The translations under genes and the position numbers were made by a program. A DNA stretch of 45,434 nt, from assembly GCF_001194135.2 (NCBI RefSeq), contig NC_069001.1, positions 8,700,537 to 8,745,970 on the forward strand, given 5' to 3'. The stretch's first letter is position 1, and each line of letters starts with the position of its first letter. Shown here piece by piece: positions 23,688 to 36,552 of the stretch. The notes below the pieces were generated by a model that did no database searches, was not told where the DNA came from, and worked only from the letters and a program-made list of their open reading frames with translations. Source of the DNA: Octopus bimaculoides. Lineage: Eukaryota.

Positions 23688-25400
23688 ATAAAAACCACAC
23701 TAAGCTCAGAACTATTTTTTTTGACGATATCTTTAATGCCTTAATTTTTATAAAATAAAGAAATTGAAGGTTATAAAGCAAACAACTCATTTTAGATATT
23801 GTCAAGTTAGTGTTTGGAATCCAAGTTAGGAAAAGGTTCTTCCATAAAATTATGATGGAAAGTTGTAGCTTTGAATCAGATTAGAACCTGGCACAGCTCT
23901 CCAGCTTACCAGTCAAACTGTTCAACCATCAAACCCATGCCACCGCCATAGAGGACATTTTGTAAAGTGGGTGGTGACAAGAAGGGCATCCAGTTGTAGA
24001 AACCATGCCAACGCAGACAGTAGAGCTTTTTGCCAAACTATCAAACCCATGCCAGTATGGAAAACAAGACATTAAATGATGAAAATGATGAAGGTTGTGT
24101 CTGGTGGGTTGCAATCAAAAGGATTAAATTAGAATTATAAAACTAAATATTTTGGAATAGAAAATCTAACTGAAGGACAAAAGAAAAAAAAAAACAATTG
24201 TCATCTAATATCTGTTTTCCGTGCTGGCATGTGTTGGACAGTTTGACAGAAGCTGACAAGCCAGAGAGTTGCACCAGACTTTATTGTCTGTTTTGGTATG
24301 GTTTCTACAGATGGATGCTCTGCCTAGTGCAAACCATGTTACAGAATTGTACTGGGTGCTTTTTACATGATACCATCACTAGTGCATTTTATGTGGCACC
24401 AGCACCAGTTGCAATATTATCCAAAATTAAATTGTAAAGAAAAGATTTTGTTTAGTTAGGTCCTTACTCAGATTAAATAACTTGAGTAAGAACCTAACTA
24501 TAATCAGAATACAAGCAGTCTTCAACATTTGTCCATTTGACCTCTGTCATTAGGAGTGTAGGCAGTAGAGATTTGTCCTAGTTTTGCACTCCTCCAACAG
24601 ACAAACCTCAAGAATTGTTTTTAGTAAATTACAATGAGAGCATTTACGCGATGACTAAACTTGTTAGAAACTAGTCAAATTTCCCCTAAGTCAAACCCAA
24701 CTGTCTCCGAAGAAGGCATAGGATAATGTAGTACTATAAGACACTGTTAAAAAAGGCAGAATAACTTCGAATGACCTAGAACTAAAGAACAATCAATATT
24801 TTAAAATCGGTACAAGAACAAATCAAGAAACTATGTACATTATACGCTAAATATTTATATAAAAAAAAATATCTGAAAGTTGATACAAATAATCAATGAT
24901 AGAATAAATAAAAACATACGATTTTAAACTAGGACACCAAATCAATAAGACTTCTCAAAATATAAGTTTACTCAGAAGAGAGGTGGACTGTAAAAATAAA
25001 TTGCCAAGTGAGCAGTAACTTATTATATATCTCATTTTTACAACTACTTTTTCCACACTCTCATGGGTCAGGCAGGTTGTCTCCAATACAGCGATCATCT
25101 TTCACCACTTTGCGTCTACCTTTGTGTCTCCTTGCTGACCTCACATGGTAGTTGTAAAGAAGTGTCACCATCATACAAGTCTGTTCATTTCTGATCTTCT
25201 ATGAAAGTACATCCAGCCACAGTGGAACTATAGCCTTTCTTGGAAATAGGTGAGTGTTGGTGACAGGAAGAGCATCATTTGACTGTAAAAAATCTGCCCC
25301 AGTGAATATATATATATATATAAATATATATACGAGGTCTGATCAAAAAGTATCGGGACTGGTGCTACAAGCCTTTTCTCTTTCTATCTCTTTGTTTATA

Positions 25401-25617
25401 CAAGGGAGTGCTGAAAAGTTCCTGACTTTGGTAAAACAAAATACAGGAGGATCAGTTAATTATGATTTTATTCAACACACTCCTCTCTCGGACTGACACA
25501 CTTATGGCAGCTATCCTTCAGTTTTTCTAGGTCCTGTAAAAGAACTTGGAAGGTTGGGCCTCTAGCCAGGCCTTTTGTGATACCCTTAAAAGCCAGACAC
25601 TTTTCAGCGGCCCCTCA
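25401..25617. mobile_element. Mariner-type MITE, same family
   Basis: Collinear with 22371-22570 and TA-flanked. An unrelated orphan mariner-like end (tacgaggtctgatcaaaaagtatcgg) lies at ~25331-25360. Confidence 0.8.
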
Positions 25618-25732
25618 TACAGAGAATAGTGATTCTCCCAGCTCCCCGGGGAAAAACCCATCATCAACAATACTATTACTCACAAACCTGAGGGAGTAAA
25701 ATGTGATTACAAAAAACAAATTGTTAACATAC

Positions 25733-25907
25733 CACTTGGCTGGGTCGGGACTGCTTCCAATGTACGGCACTTGCTTCGCAGACCTTCGCCAGTACCGTCA
25801 ATCCAAATATATTCACACATGACATTATTTTTATCTTGAGGAAGTTCCAAGTAGTGGTTGAGGACAGTCTTGTCCGTGGTGGCTGGATATGAACGTGGTT
25901 GAGTCAT
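25733..25907 (-). CDS. GLUL: Glutamine synthetase type II, first coding exon (MTQPRSYPATTDKTVLNHYLELPQ...YIWIDGTGEGLRSKCRTLEAVPTQPS)
   Basis: GS signature YIWIDGTGEGLRSKCRTL. Acceptor ttccag 7 nt upstream of the ATG. Donor G|gtatgt at 25732. 175 coding nt, phase 1. Confidence 0.95.
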
Positions 25908-26159
25908 TGTGTATCTGGAATGTAATCAAAAATAAATACATAAGTCAGCAGTTCACAACCCCTTGCAGTCCCAACACTCCCTGGCATTTTAATCAAAGCA
26001 ATCTAATTTTGTGTGTTGGTTTATTATTCCATCTAGCTTGCATTTCTTTTAAAAATCATTTACACATGGTTCTGGGTTCAATCCCACTGCATTGGCACCT
26101 TGGACAAGTGTCTTCTACTATAGTTTGAAACATATTGGAACTGTTAACTTCCTCTTCAT

Positions 26160-26600
26160 CCCTTTAACATTTCAACCAGCCATAACCAGCCAAATTATTC
26201 TACCTGCTTTATATTATTACTGGCCAAATCTGGCTCCTACACTACAATGTCGTTCTAAAAATGAACTACCACACCACATCAAACTCTTGAAGCTACAAAA
26301 TTCATAATTCAAAGCAATGTGAATAAATAAGATGACATTTAAAATAATCTGGATGCTAAAAGATTAAACCAGCCAAATTCAGCCCAAATATTCTTTTTTT
26401 TGTTTCTTTTTTTGCTTTTTTATATGCAAACTGGCCAGATCCAATCTCTCACATCTACACAATGATGTCATTCTAAAAATAGGCAATCACATCATTGAAA
26501 TCTTAAAGCTATGAGACAATGCCTGAGTAATTCAAAATAAAGTGAATGTATAAACATTACATTTGACAGATTAATGAGAAGGTGAAAGAGTTAAAGGATA
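26160..26600. mobile_element. Two tandem degenerate copies of a possible piggyBac-like MITE
   Basis: ccttta(g/a)catt...atgctaaa.g.ttaa ends. Internal similarity to 34980-35135 and 15575-15610. Confidence 0.5.
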
Positions 26601-28727
26601 AAAAGATTAACAGAATTGGGATTAACCCTTTTGGCATTCGGGCTCATAATCATGAAGTAGCAAGTTCAATTCCACAGACTGGACTGTGTGGTGTTCTTGA
26701 GCAAGGGATCAATAATAAATTCAACTAAAAATTATTTGGGGGTTTCGAAGACAAAGCCTTTGGCAGCAAGTAGTGGTTATAAGAGACAGACAATTCTGTG
26801 GTATCAAAGCTCACAAGAAACTTGGCATCAAACAGCAGTTCTGACAGTTTAAGTTCAGCAGATTTCTTTGAGCTAGTTCATGAAAGGTTCCACCTTAGCT
26901 TATTAGCTTAGGACAAAACATTTTCATAAGTTTATTCTAAACATCCAGGCTTGTTTTCAGACTTATACTGAGCTTGTGTTTTGTATGTTCTGAGAAATAA
27001 ATAAAAGGAACTTTCTTTCCTTTCATACATCTCCTGTTACTCTAGTGGTTGAAAAAGAAATTGGTAATGTGTATCATATATGATGTACGGATGCCAGGGA
27101 AATATGTCTTGGATATCATATGTGATCCACAGGGCTGACAAAGGGTTGACTTCTAAGATGCCTACTGGTTAAATAACAATACTTGATAAAAAGAAAATCT
27201 TATCACAGCTGGTCAGTTAATCACCAATGATCTTAAACAATTCTCATATTACTAAACTGATTTTGGTACTTATACTTCATGGTATTAAGCAGATGAACAA
27301 TACGTATTTTCTCACAAATAATGTATGGAATCATTCAACAAGCTGAACAAATTTATAAAGTCAAATTTCTGTCAAAACAGTCTAAAGGCTCTCAACAAGA
27401 CAAGTCACAATGGATAAGGCATTTGGAATTGGGCTATAACAAGTAGGTAAGTGCTTTTGGGTCTGCTTGAGTTCAGGAATTAAAAAAAAAGTCTTGTTTA
27501 ATGTTCAAATTCTTTCGAAAACACATTAATCATTTTCAAAACTTTATAGAACAGATTTTGGCTGCCGCACACTTCCAGTAAATTGTTTCCACATACTGTG
27601 TTTAATTAGAAGACAGGCAATTAAATGGAGTTAATTACTTTAGCAAACTTCGACAGGAGCCTCTATGAGATTGCCTGACTTGCTAGAAATAACTGAGAAG
27701 TTTCACACTATCTTCAACAGGTCTTAAGATAGTAATTATATATACAGATAATAAGTCTGATATAGCCATGATTGGAATACCTATGTTACCTATGCTTATG
27801 TTCCACATGATCAGATAGGATTAGAGTTAAACAACAATCCCACTTCTTTTCGATTCCTTCTTAGTAAAAACAGAATAACACAACGTTTGGCTGGTTGTTG
27901 TCCAAGCAGCATCGTTTTTTGTAAATATTTTCTTTAAAAATACAATTGTATACGGTTTTGGATCTCATGTTTTAAACCAGAATCTGCAAAGATTAATTTC
28001 TTTTTTTTTTTTTTAATGAAACATTCTGATAAAGGACCGAGCTGAATTTAAGACCCACAGAGGCCCTAAGTACTCAGATGATTGTGGCGCCCCCATATGT
28101 AATTCAAAATATAAAAATGAAACAAAACAGTAAGATGAAAAATATTTATTTTTGTTTCCACTTTATTTATATTTTTAAAGTTTTCTCATACTTTGATCAT
28201 CATCATCATCATTGCCATTTAATGTCCACTTTCCATGCTGGTATGGGTTGGACAAATCCTCAAAATTCATCTTACATAACACATCTGATTCTATACTTAG
28301 CAGAGATATTTTTGGAAAGATTTAAGAGATTTCTTCTGTGCTGTATTCCATTTACCATTTCTGTGTTTCTCCTCTCTCCCACTTGGTGCTCTAACCACGC
28401 GCTTATTTTGCTAAATGGTTAATCCAACGCTGATTAAGGAACTGAGAAAAGATATAAACAACGAGAGAATTCCACAAGACAGACGTTTTGTGAAGGAAGG
28501 ACCGAATGCACTGATTAGTAGTGTAGAGCCTGATTAGGTTGGGTACATCAAGGATGATGAGAGAAGGGGGAAAGAGTAGAACGGGGAATCTTTGAGCTGA
28601 GGAGGCAATAAACCCAGTTGGTTAACTGATGCAGATTTAAAATGTGATTGCAAATGTAAACAAACTATATTTGTACGCTTCAAATGTGAACGAAGTGTAT
28701 CTATTCTCACATATGCCATATACCCAC

Positions 28728-28910
28728 GAGCATACGGCATAGTGGTTAAGAGTGCGGGCTACTAACCCCAAGATTCCAAGTTCGATTCCAAGCAGTGACC
28801 TGAATAATAATAATAACATCGAAAAATACCTTAGGAATGAGAACCTAGGTTTGAAATTTCCCTGAGACACCTGATGAAGGCTAGAGGGTATATCAGCTGA
28901 AACATTGTGT
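28728..28910 (+). mobile_element. tRNA-Ser-like-headed SINE ending in a hammerhead-like motif
   Basis: A box ggcatagtggt, anticodon-loop-like ctactaa and B box gttcgattcc, followed by ctgatga...gaaa at 28871-28902. Confidence 0.65.
28867..28910 (+). ncRNA. Degenerate minimal type I hammerhead ribozyme motif
   Basis: acac-CTGATGA-a-ggct(loop)agct-GAAA-c-att-gtgt. Stem I acac/gtgt, 4-bp stem II including one G-U, and a minimal stem III with a C-A mismatch. Confidence 0.55.
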
Positions 28911-30078
28911 ATATGTATGTCTGTCCCCCCAACGTCGCTTGACAACCGATGTTGGTGTGTTTACTTCCCTGTAATTTAGTGATTCGGCAAAAGAGACCGA
29001 TAGAATAAGTACTAGGCTTCCAAAGAATAAGTCCTGGGGTCGATTTGCTCGACTAAAGGCGGTGCTCCAGCATGGCCGCAGTCAAATGACAGAAACAAGT
29101 AAAAGAGTAAATGCCGAACAAGAATACATTCCAACTGCGACCATCACGTGTATATTTTGGACTACACAGGGTAATAATTCTTTGAAGATAATAGAATGTG
29201 AGTTGACGCAGATGCGGTTGCTATTTCTAGCAAGTGCAGCGACAAACACTTTTTAATAAGTTCGAAAACTTAGCTGGTTCACATTGAGATGAATCACCAT
29301 CGGTATAAGTCTCAGAAAGCTGATCACGTGGATGCTCTCGTGCTTCCACGTAAACAAATATGTTATTTTAACCTACTAAAGAAATATAAACAAGTACAAG
29401 GGATCATGAGTTAGTTTCGACGGTGGGTAACTATTGCAGCTGCTCAATGAGTGACTGAACATTTCAGAGACACGTGTATAAAACATCTTCCACACGCAAA
29501 ATCAGCGTGACGATAGTGTAATAAAGTCGACCGAATTGGGATACCGTTCATTCGACGGATAAGTTTACAGAATCTTGCGAAAAACTTCGCCTAGCAACCA
29601 AAATATTCCTCAAATCACACTACTTCTTTACGTCTGAAAACAAAACCAGATAAGACATAAGATATGAGATTGCCAGAATACCCAACGCGGGATTTTAGGG
29701 TTTTTTAAATTCTCAATGTGGACGCTCCACTTATCAGATTCAGTTCCTAAATATTTCTTCAAATCATTCTGCTACACGAGACAAAGGGATATTGGATGCT
29801 TACAGCCATCAATTTTAATTATAGTACTCACTATAGTGCTGTTTGTAATTCTCTGCAAAGAATTGCTAAACTTAGTGATAAAAAAAAATCTCAGCTTGTC
29901 ATAAATCCACACATCAAGATTGAGCAAGAAGTTTTTAAACTCGTCATTGCACAATGTAGTGTCGCTGATAAGCAAAATAAATAGGATGGCTACGGCTGGA
30001 ACACCTTTGGTCAACGGGTAGAGAGATTTGCTCTATTAAGACTGAGCTGAAGTGAAATATAATTTTAAAAGTTTATGT

Positions 30079-30488
30079 AGGCGCAGGAGTGGCTGTGTGG
30101 TAAGTAGCTTGCTTACCAACCCCATGATTCTGGGTTCAGTCCCACTGCGTGGCACCTTGGGCAAGTGTCTTCTACTATAGCCTCGGGCCGAGCAAAACCT
30201 TGTGAGTGGATTTGGTAGACGGAAACTGGAAGATGCCCGTCGTATATGTATATATATGTGTGAGTGTGTGTGTGTGTGTATGTTTGTGTGTCTGTGTTTG
30301 TCCCCCCAACATCGTTTGACAACCGATGCTGGTGTGTTTACGTCCCCGTAACATAGCGGTTTGGCAAAAAAAAGCCCGATAGAATAAGTACTAGGCTTAC
30401 AAAATTTAAGCTCTGAGGTCGATTTGCTCGACTAAAGGCAGTGCTCCAGCATGGCCGCAGTCAAATGACTGAAACAAATGAAAGAATA
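30079..30488 (+). mobile_element. SINE family B, full length
   Basis: Head ggcgcaggagtggctgtgtggtaag, B-box-like ggttcagtcc and the shared tail. Confidence 0.85.
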
Positions 30489-33006
30489 ATAATCCGTTCC
30501 ACTATAGGCACAAGGGAGGGGCCTAGACAATTACATCGGCCCTAGTAACTGACTGATACTTATTTTATCGACCTTGAAAGGATGGAAGGCGAAATCAACC
30601 GTGGGACAGAATTTGAAAAAGTCCAAGTAATAATAAGATGTCAAGTGTTTGATGAAGACAACCATGTTAGTAACTTATTATAATTTTTTTTAATATATTT
30701 TCCCTTCCTTCATGACAAACGTGGCACTCAGGAAAAAGAAATAAAATAAAAACTTCAAATGAAATCTTTGACATCACAAAGCGTTTTGTGACTTGTCAAA
30801 CATGTAGGACAAGTGCGTAACATAACGATCTGTATACGTGGTTGCTCACGAACCGAATCACCCTTCCGACTATCATAAGGAAGACTACATTATCGCAGAT
30901 AATATAGTCTTTTCTACATAACCTTACAATAAACGCCTATATGGGCCTCGCTGCTCGATTAGGGTTCCTCGTGGTTAAATAGAAAGCCCGCGAGGCAGCG
31001 CACGCGCGAGTTTGAGTTTATAGAGCGAGAAGGAGTCCCTACGTGGTTTATTTGACCTGCTAGAAATAGCAGAGTTTAATTTTCACCAACTTAGTGTATT
31101 TATAACTACATTATCAAATGTATGAATACTAATGGAATACCTATGACCTTTAGTCAAGTCGACCAGAGGTCTTTGGCCTGGGTCTAGACGAAATATTAAT
31201 ATCGAATAGCAGACAACATAAACAGTTAAACAAAATTGTATGAAAAAGTTTCGTTGAAAATATAATTAAAGAAAAACGGTGCACAGACACAAAATCTGGA
31301 TAACGGTCAAGTTTTAATGAAGTAATTAATGGATAAATTAGTAAAATATACAGCATAAACAATAAGCTGATTGTGTTGCTAAAGACAGAGATAGAGTGTG
31401 TGTGTGTGTGCGTTATACATACATAACATGCACACCATATATGTGTATATATACACACACATGTACATCGAAATCGGGCGGAAAAAACTATAAAACAGTG
31501 AAGGGGGGGAACATTATTTGAGAATAAAGACAAAATGAAGGGAGTTGCAAAAGAACAAAGATGCAAACAAAATATCTTAGCTAGATCAAATCTAATAATA
31601 AATAAAAAGTTATTTAATACATCGTTACCTTTTTCAATTTAGCAACTAGTTTTATTAATGTTTAGCCATTCTTGCAGAGAATTAGACAGCACTATAGTGG
31701 GTATTGTAAAAAAAAAAAAGTTGATAGCTGTAAGCATCACATCTTTTAACCAAACAGTGTATAAATGTAGCACTACATTATTCAACGTAAACTTTGAAAA
31801 TAATAGAATGTGATGTAAAAAAAAAAAAAAAAAAAGGATTTAGCTGCTATTTCTAGTAATTTGAAGGATCACGTACGTAGTCTCCCAGCAGGTTTTAGAA
31901 AATCGTTTGGACGTTCAGTCAGCCACTACTGATCAAGCAAGCAGAATTATAATCGAAAGCATTCCAACCGTAACCATCCAGTCTGGCTTACATCATCCTG
32001 CCTAAAGTTACATCAGCCAAACATTGTTTTTTGTTTGAAGAAAATCGACTAGGTTATGATTTGTGAAGGCAAAAAGTATAGATGATAAATTTACAATATA
32101 TCTTTTCCCGAAGGAACACTACAAGTTTTATCTTAACGTACTTCCCCGATAGCTTTAGCACTTCAGGAAGTAANNNNNNNNNNNNNNNNNNNNNNNNNNN
32201 NNNNNNNNNNNNNNNNNNNNNNNNNNNNNNNNNNNNNNNNNNNNNNNNNNNNNNNNNNNNNNNNNNNNNNNNNNNNNNNNNNNNNNNNNNNNNNNNNNNN
32301 NNNNNNNNNNNNNNNNNNNNNNNNNNNNNNNNNNNNNNNNNNNNNNNNNNNNNNNNNNNNNNNNNNNNNNNNNNNNNNNNNNNNNNNNNNNNNNNNNNNN
32401 NNNNNNNNNNNNNNNNNNNNNNNNNNNNNNNNNNNNNNNNNNNNNNNNNNNNNNNNNNNNNNNNNNNNNNNNNNNNNNNNNNNNNNNNNNNNNNNNNNNN
32501 NNNNNNNNNNNNNNNNNNNNNNNNNNNNNNNNNNNNNNNNNNNNNNNNNNNNNNNNNNNNNNNNNNNNNNNNNNNNNNNNNNNNNNNNNNNNNNNNNNNN
32601 NNNNNNNNNNNNNNNNNNNNNNNNNNNNNNNNNNNNNNNNNNNNNNNNNNNNNNNNNNNNNNNNNNNNNNNNNNNNNNNNNNNNNNNNNNNNNNNNNNNN
32701 NNNNNNNNNNNNNNNNNNNNNNNNNNNNNNNNNNNNNNNNNNNNNNNNNNNNNNNNNNNNNNNNNNNNNNNNNNNNNNNNNNNNNNNNNNNNNNNNNNNN
32801 NNNNNNNNNNNNNNNNNNNNNNNNNNNNNNNNNNNNNNNNNNNNNNNNNNNNNNNNNNNNNNNNNNNNNNNNNNNNNNNNNNNNNNGACAGAATTGTAAT
32901 CTATAGGGATAAAAAACACGCGATACATAATTTCCGACTCTATTCAACAGGGACACTATTTTGCTTCCCGAAAACAAGAATAAAAAGTGATCGCAACAAA
33001 ACTTAC

Positions 33007-33200
33007 CTTTTTTGTGTTTTGATCCTTAAAAAATTAATGGAGTTTTCACGATGAAGTTATTGTTTAAAAAAAAACCAGAATTGGTATCTTCTTTAAAATA
33101 CGAAAGGTGGATAAAGATGTGCTTGGGCGAAAGATAGCAGTGGGTCCGTTTGAGTGTTGAATGAAATGAATTATACAACAACAGACACCTGACAGAAAGT
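33007..33200 (-). other. Candidate non-coding first exon of GS
   Basis: Consensus minus-strand donor AAG|gtaagt at 33006 in non-repeat sequence. TATAAAA on minus strand at 33234-33228. The first coding exon has an acceptor just before its ATG, so an upstream exon is expected. 5' boundary is approximate. Confidence 0.3.
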
Positions 33201-33513
33201 TTTAATAAAGTTGAAGAGTTGGCAACATTTTATACCTCAAAAACCAGCCTCACTTTCAGTTGTTAGGTGAGGGGGGGGGGAGAAAAGGGAAAGAGAAGGG
33301 AGAAAGAGGGAACGAGAGATAGGAAAAGGAAGAGAAAGAAACAAAGAGAGAAGACACTTTTCTTCTTCTTCCTTTTTTTCACTAAAAAGTATACAATCAA
33401 AAGTTTTAATAACTTTCATTCTCACCTCTTCCCTCCCTCACAAACCAGCCAATTAGCGATCGGCAAATACTTTGGCTTCGATCACTGAATTTTTCTCATT
33501 TACCCAGTAATTC

Positions 33514-33551
<38 letters not shown>

Positions 33552-34154
33552 ACGCACTGTCTCAATCCCTTTCAGTTTTAATCTTTCTATTTCTTTTTCA
33601 GTCTCCTCCACCCTCTCTCTTCCACTCTCACCTCTCTGTCTTTTCCTCTCTCTCTTTCTCTCTCTGTTGACCACCTCATACTCCGCCAGTGTTTTTGACA
33701 AATCACAAACTTTCTCTTTACCCTCCGTGCCGACCTGCACTCCGTCTATTTCATTCATATTTTCTGTCTATCTTTATTTTGTTGTCTCAAAAGAGACATC
33801 ACGCCAATATTAATAACACACGCACCGGTTTAAATCTCCTCCTTTATTATTATTATTAGTCGGTTAGATATCCATCCAACTAACCAATCAATCAGTTGTT
33901 TAACTTGTTGGTTAAACAGTCATTCGTTTTCTTTTTTCAATTCGCATAAAGAATCTTACAAACGAAACACAAATACGAAATATCTTTGTAGCACTCACTT
34001 CCGTAAATTTCTGTCACTTGTCTCTTTCTCTCTCACACACAGTTTCATTTCTTTCTCAAATCATATTTTCTCTCTCTCTCTTTCTCTTTAGTTAAGTGTC
34101 ACTTCCTTCTCGCTCACTTCAACTATTTTTCTCCTCACACCCTCTTCATATATA

Positions 34155-34281
34155 CAGGGTGTGCACAAAGTCTGGGTAGATGGGGATTAACGCATACTTT
34201 AAGAAATTATTATTTCTTGTATTTAATTGTTTATGTTATGATTTTATTTACTCCATGTACCCAGACCTTGTGAACACCCTG
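34155..34281. mobile_element. Small Tc1/mariner MITE
   Basis: 24-bp terminal inverted repeats (cagggtgtgcacaaagtctgggta, 22/24 match). TA on both sides. Confidence 0.88.
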
Positions 34282-35676
34282 TACAATTCATTTTCTTTCC
34301 TCTTCACTCGCTCCGTGTTTTCTCCCCTCCGCTTAATCTCTCCCAAATTACTTTTCATCTCTTCCTCCAAATATCTACCTTTCATCATTCTCTACCTTGC
34401 TCTATTCCTCTCTTTGTTTTCTTTGTTTCGAATTATTTTCTTCTTCCTTTTCGCTCGTCCCTCCCCCTATGAAAAAGAAACGAATGACTGCAATTGGGAT
34501 GCTTTTGATTAATCGATCTACAAGTTCAGTGTCTGACGTGAGGCTAAACAACTTTTTTATTCTTTAATAGCCGAAGAAACTCACCGTCTTTTAAAATAGG
34601 CACCGCGTTGTGATGTATTTTGTAATTGATGTAAAATTGGCGGGAGATTCGTTGTTCAATGCTTATCAGTCACCCCTAGCGAGACGGACAAGCCTATAAT
34701 TAAAAAGGGCTCCACATGGAATCATCCGGGTCCCTAGGCACAGATGTACTCTTGACTACATAATACCAAAAATAAAACTGAATATTTTTCAGTATTTTAT
34801 GTAAAAACAGAAAATATTATTATTTCTATTATTTTATCTAAAAAAAAAAATGTAATTTAATATTATATTGAACAATCCCATAAAATAGTACAGTAATTAT
34901 TTCGCCGAAAATCGTAATCTTTTTGATTACGTTTTAAATATCGGAGATGACGATTGTAAAACCTTTGGATTTGTAAAAATGACCTTTAGCATTTAAACTG
35001 ACCATATCAGACCCAAAATATTTTACCTGTTTTACAGTCAAACTGACTAAATCCAGCCTCTTACACCTATCCTACAATGCCATTCTAAAAATAAACAATT
35101 ATATCACTAAAATCTCAAAGCTATAAGATAATTCATCTTCATCATCATCAACATCATCATTTAATGTCCATTTTCAATGCTGGCATGGGTTGGACGGTTT
35201 GCCAGAAGCTGATCAGCTGAAGGGCTGTTCAGGTCCCATGTCGGTTATGGCATGGTTTCTATGGCTGAATGCCCTTCTTAACACCAACAGGTTGTACTGG
35301 GTGCTTTTTACATGGCACCAGCACTTACAAGCCCATAAGAATGGAGATACTCAGGGATTAGGAATACTATTTTTAGCATGTCAAACGACTACATAATGGC
35401 TATCGCAAAATGCCTGAACTAAAAAGCACTTCCTATGATCAAAGGTTTTTCCACTGTGACCAGTGAACGAACATAGTGTATCTAGGATTACCTTTTCTTT
35501 ATGACCATAACAAAGCTTCACTGAGATTTCGCTGTTGCTTCTAACATAACAAATAACCATATAATGTCTCTCAAATTTCCGATCATTTGAGTGAATTTCA
35601 ATGAGAAAATTCACACAATGAAACAGCATGCAAGTATTGACTTGTTAATTTTGTAAAACGTTATATAATATCGAAG

Positions 35677-36056
35677 GTGGAGGCGCAATGGCCCAGTGGT
35701 TAGAGCAGCAGACTCGCGGTCATAGGATCGCGGTTTCGATTCCCAGACAGGGCGTTGTGAGTGTTTATTGAGTGAAAACACCTAAAGCTCCACGAGGCTC
35801 CGGCAGGGGATGGTGGCGAACCCTGCTGTACTCTTCCACCACAACTTTCTCTCACTCTTTCTTCCTGTTTCTGTTGTGCCTGTAATTCAAAGGGTCAGCC
35901 TTGTCACACTGAATATCTCCGAGAACTACGTTAAGGGTGCACGTGTCTGTGGAGTGCTCAGCCACTTGCACGTTAATTTCACGAGCAGGCTGTTCCATTG
36001 ATCGGATCAACTGGATCACTCGACGTCGTAAGCAACGGAGTGTCAACAACAACAAC
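35677..36056 (+). mobile_element. SINE family A, full length with (CAA)n tail and target-site duplication
   Basis: 9-bp direct repeat atatcgaag at 35668-35676 and 36059-36067. Confidence 0.88.
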
Positions 36057-36552
36057 ATATATCGAAGATTTTGTGAACAACAACAACATTCCTTTCCAAT
36101 GACTGGATTAACTACCATAGCATTCTTTGGCTCTACTCACTGATTGATCAGTTTATATACATAATATATGTATATATACACAGAATATGTATATATACAT
36201 TTGTATATACACATAATATATGTGTATATATATTATATACATAATATATGTGTACCTGCATTATATATATATATGTATGTGCATAATATATTTATAACTA
36301 GTGTCTATATACTTCTATGTATGAGTGTGTGTTTGACTTGATATCATGATGATTGTAAATGAGCATCACCATCATACAAGCGACATTGTTCCCAATTTCC
36401 TGCGAAAATAAGAACTGGAATCAGTTTGTTTGACTACTAAGCCCTTCAAGGCATTGCCCCAGCATGGCCACACTCCAATGACTGAAATCAGTAAAAGATA
36501 AAGGACACACACACACACACACATAATGTATACAATATATAGATGCTTCCCA

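Noticed and set aside
25021-25250. Checked as a possible divergent GS exon 3 (contains YDG on the minus strand)
   Set aside because: No WN.DGSST, DPF or LCE similarity, and the frame closes.
31811-34635. TGATGTAAA amino-acid-response-like motifs at 31811 and 34627
   Set aside because: Low-information motif in AT-rich DNA with no supporting context.
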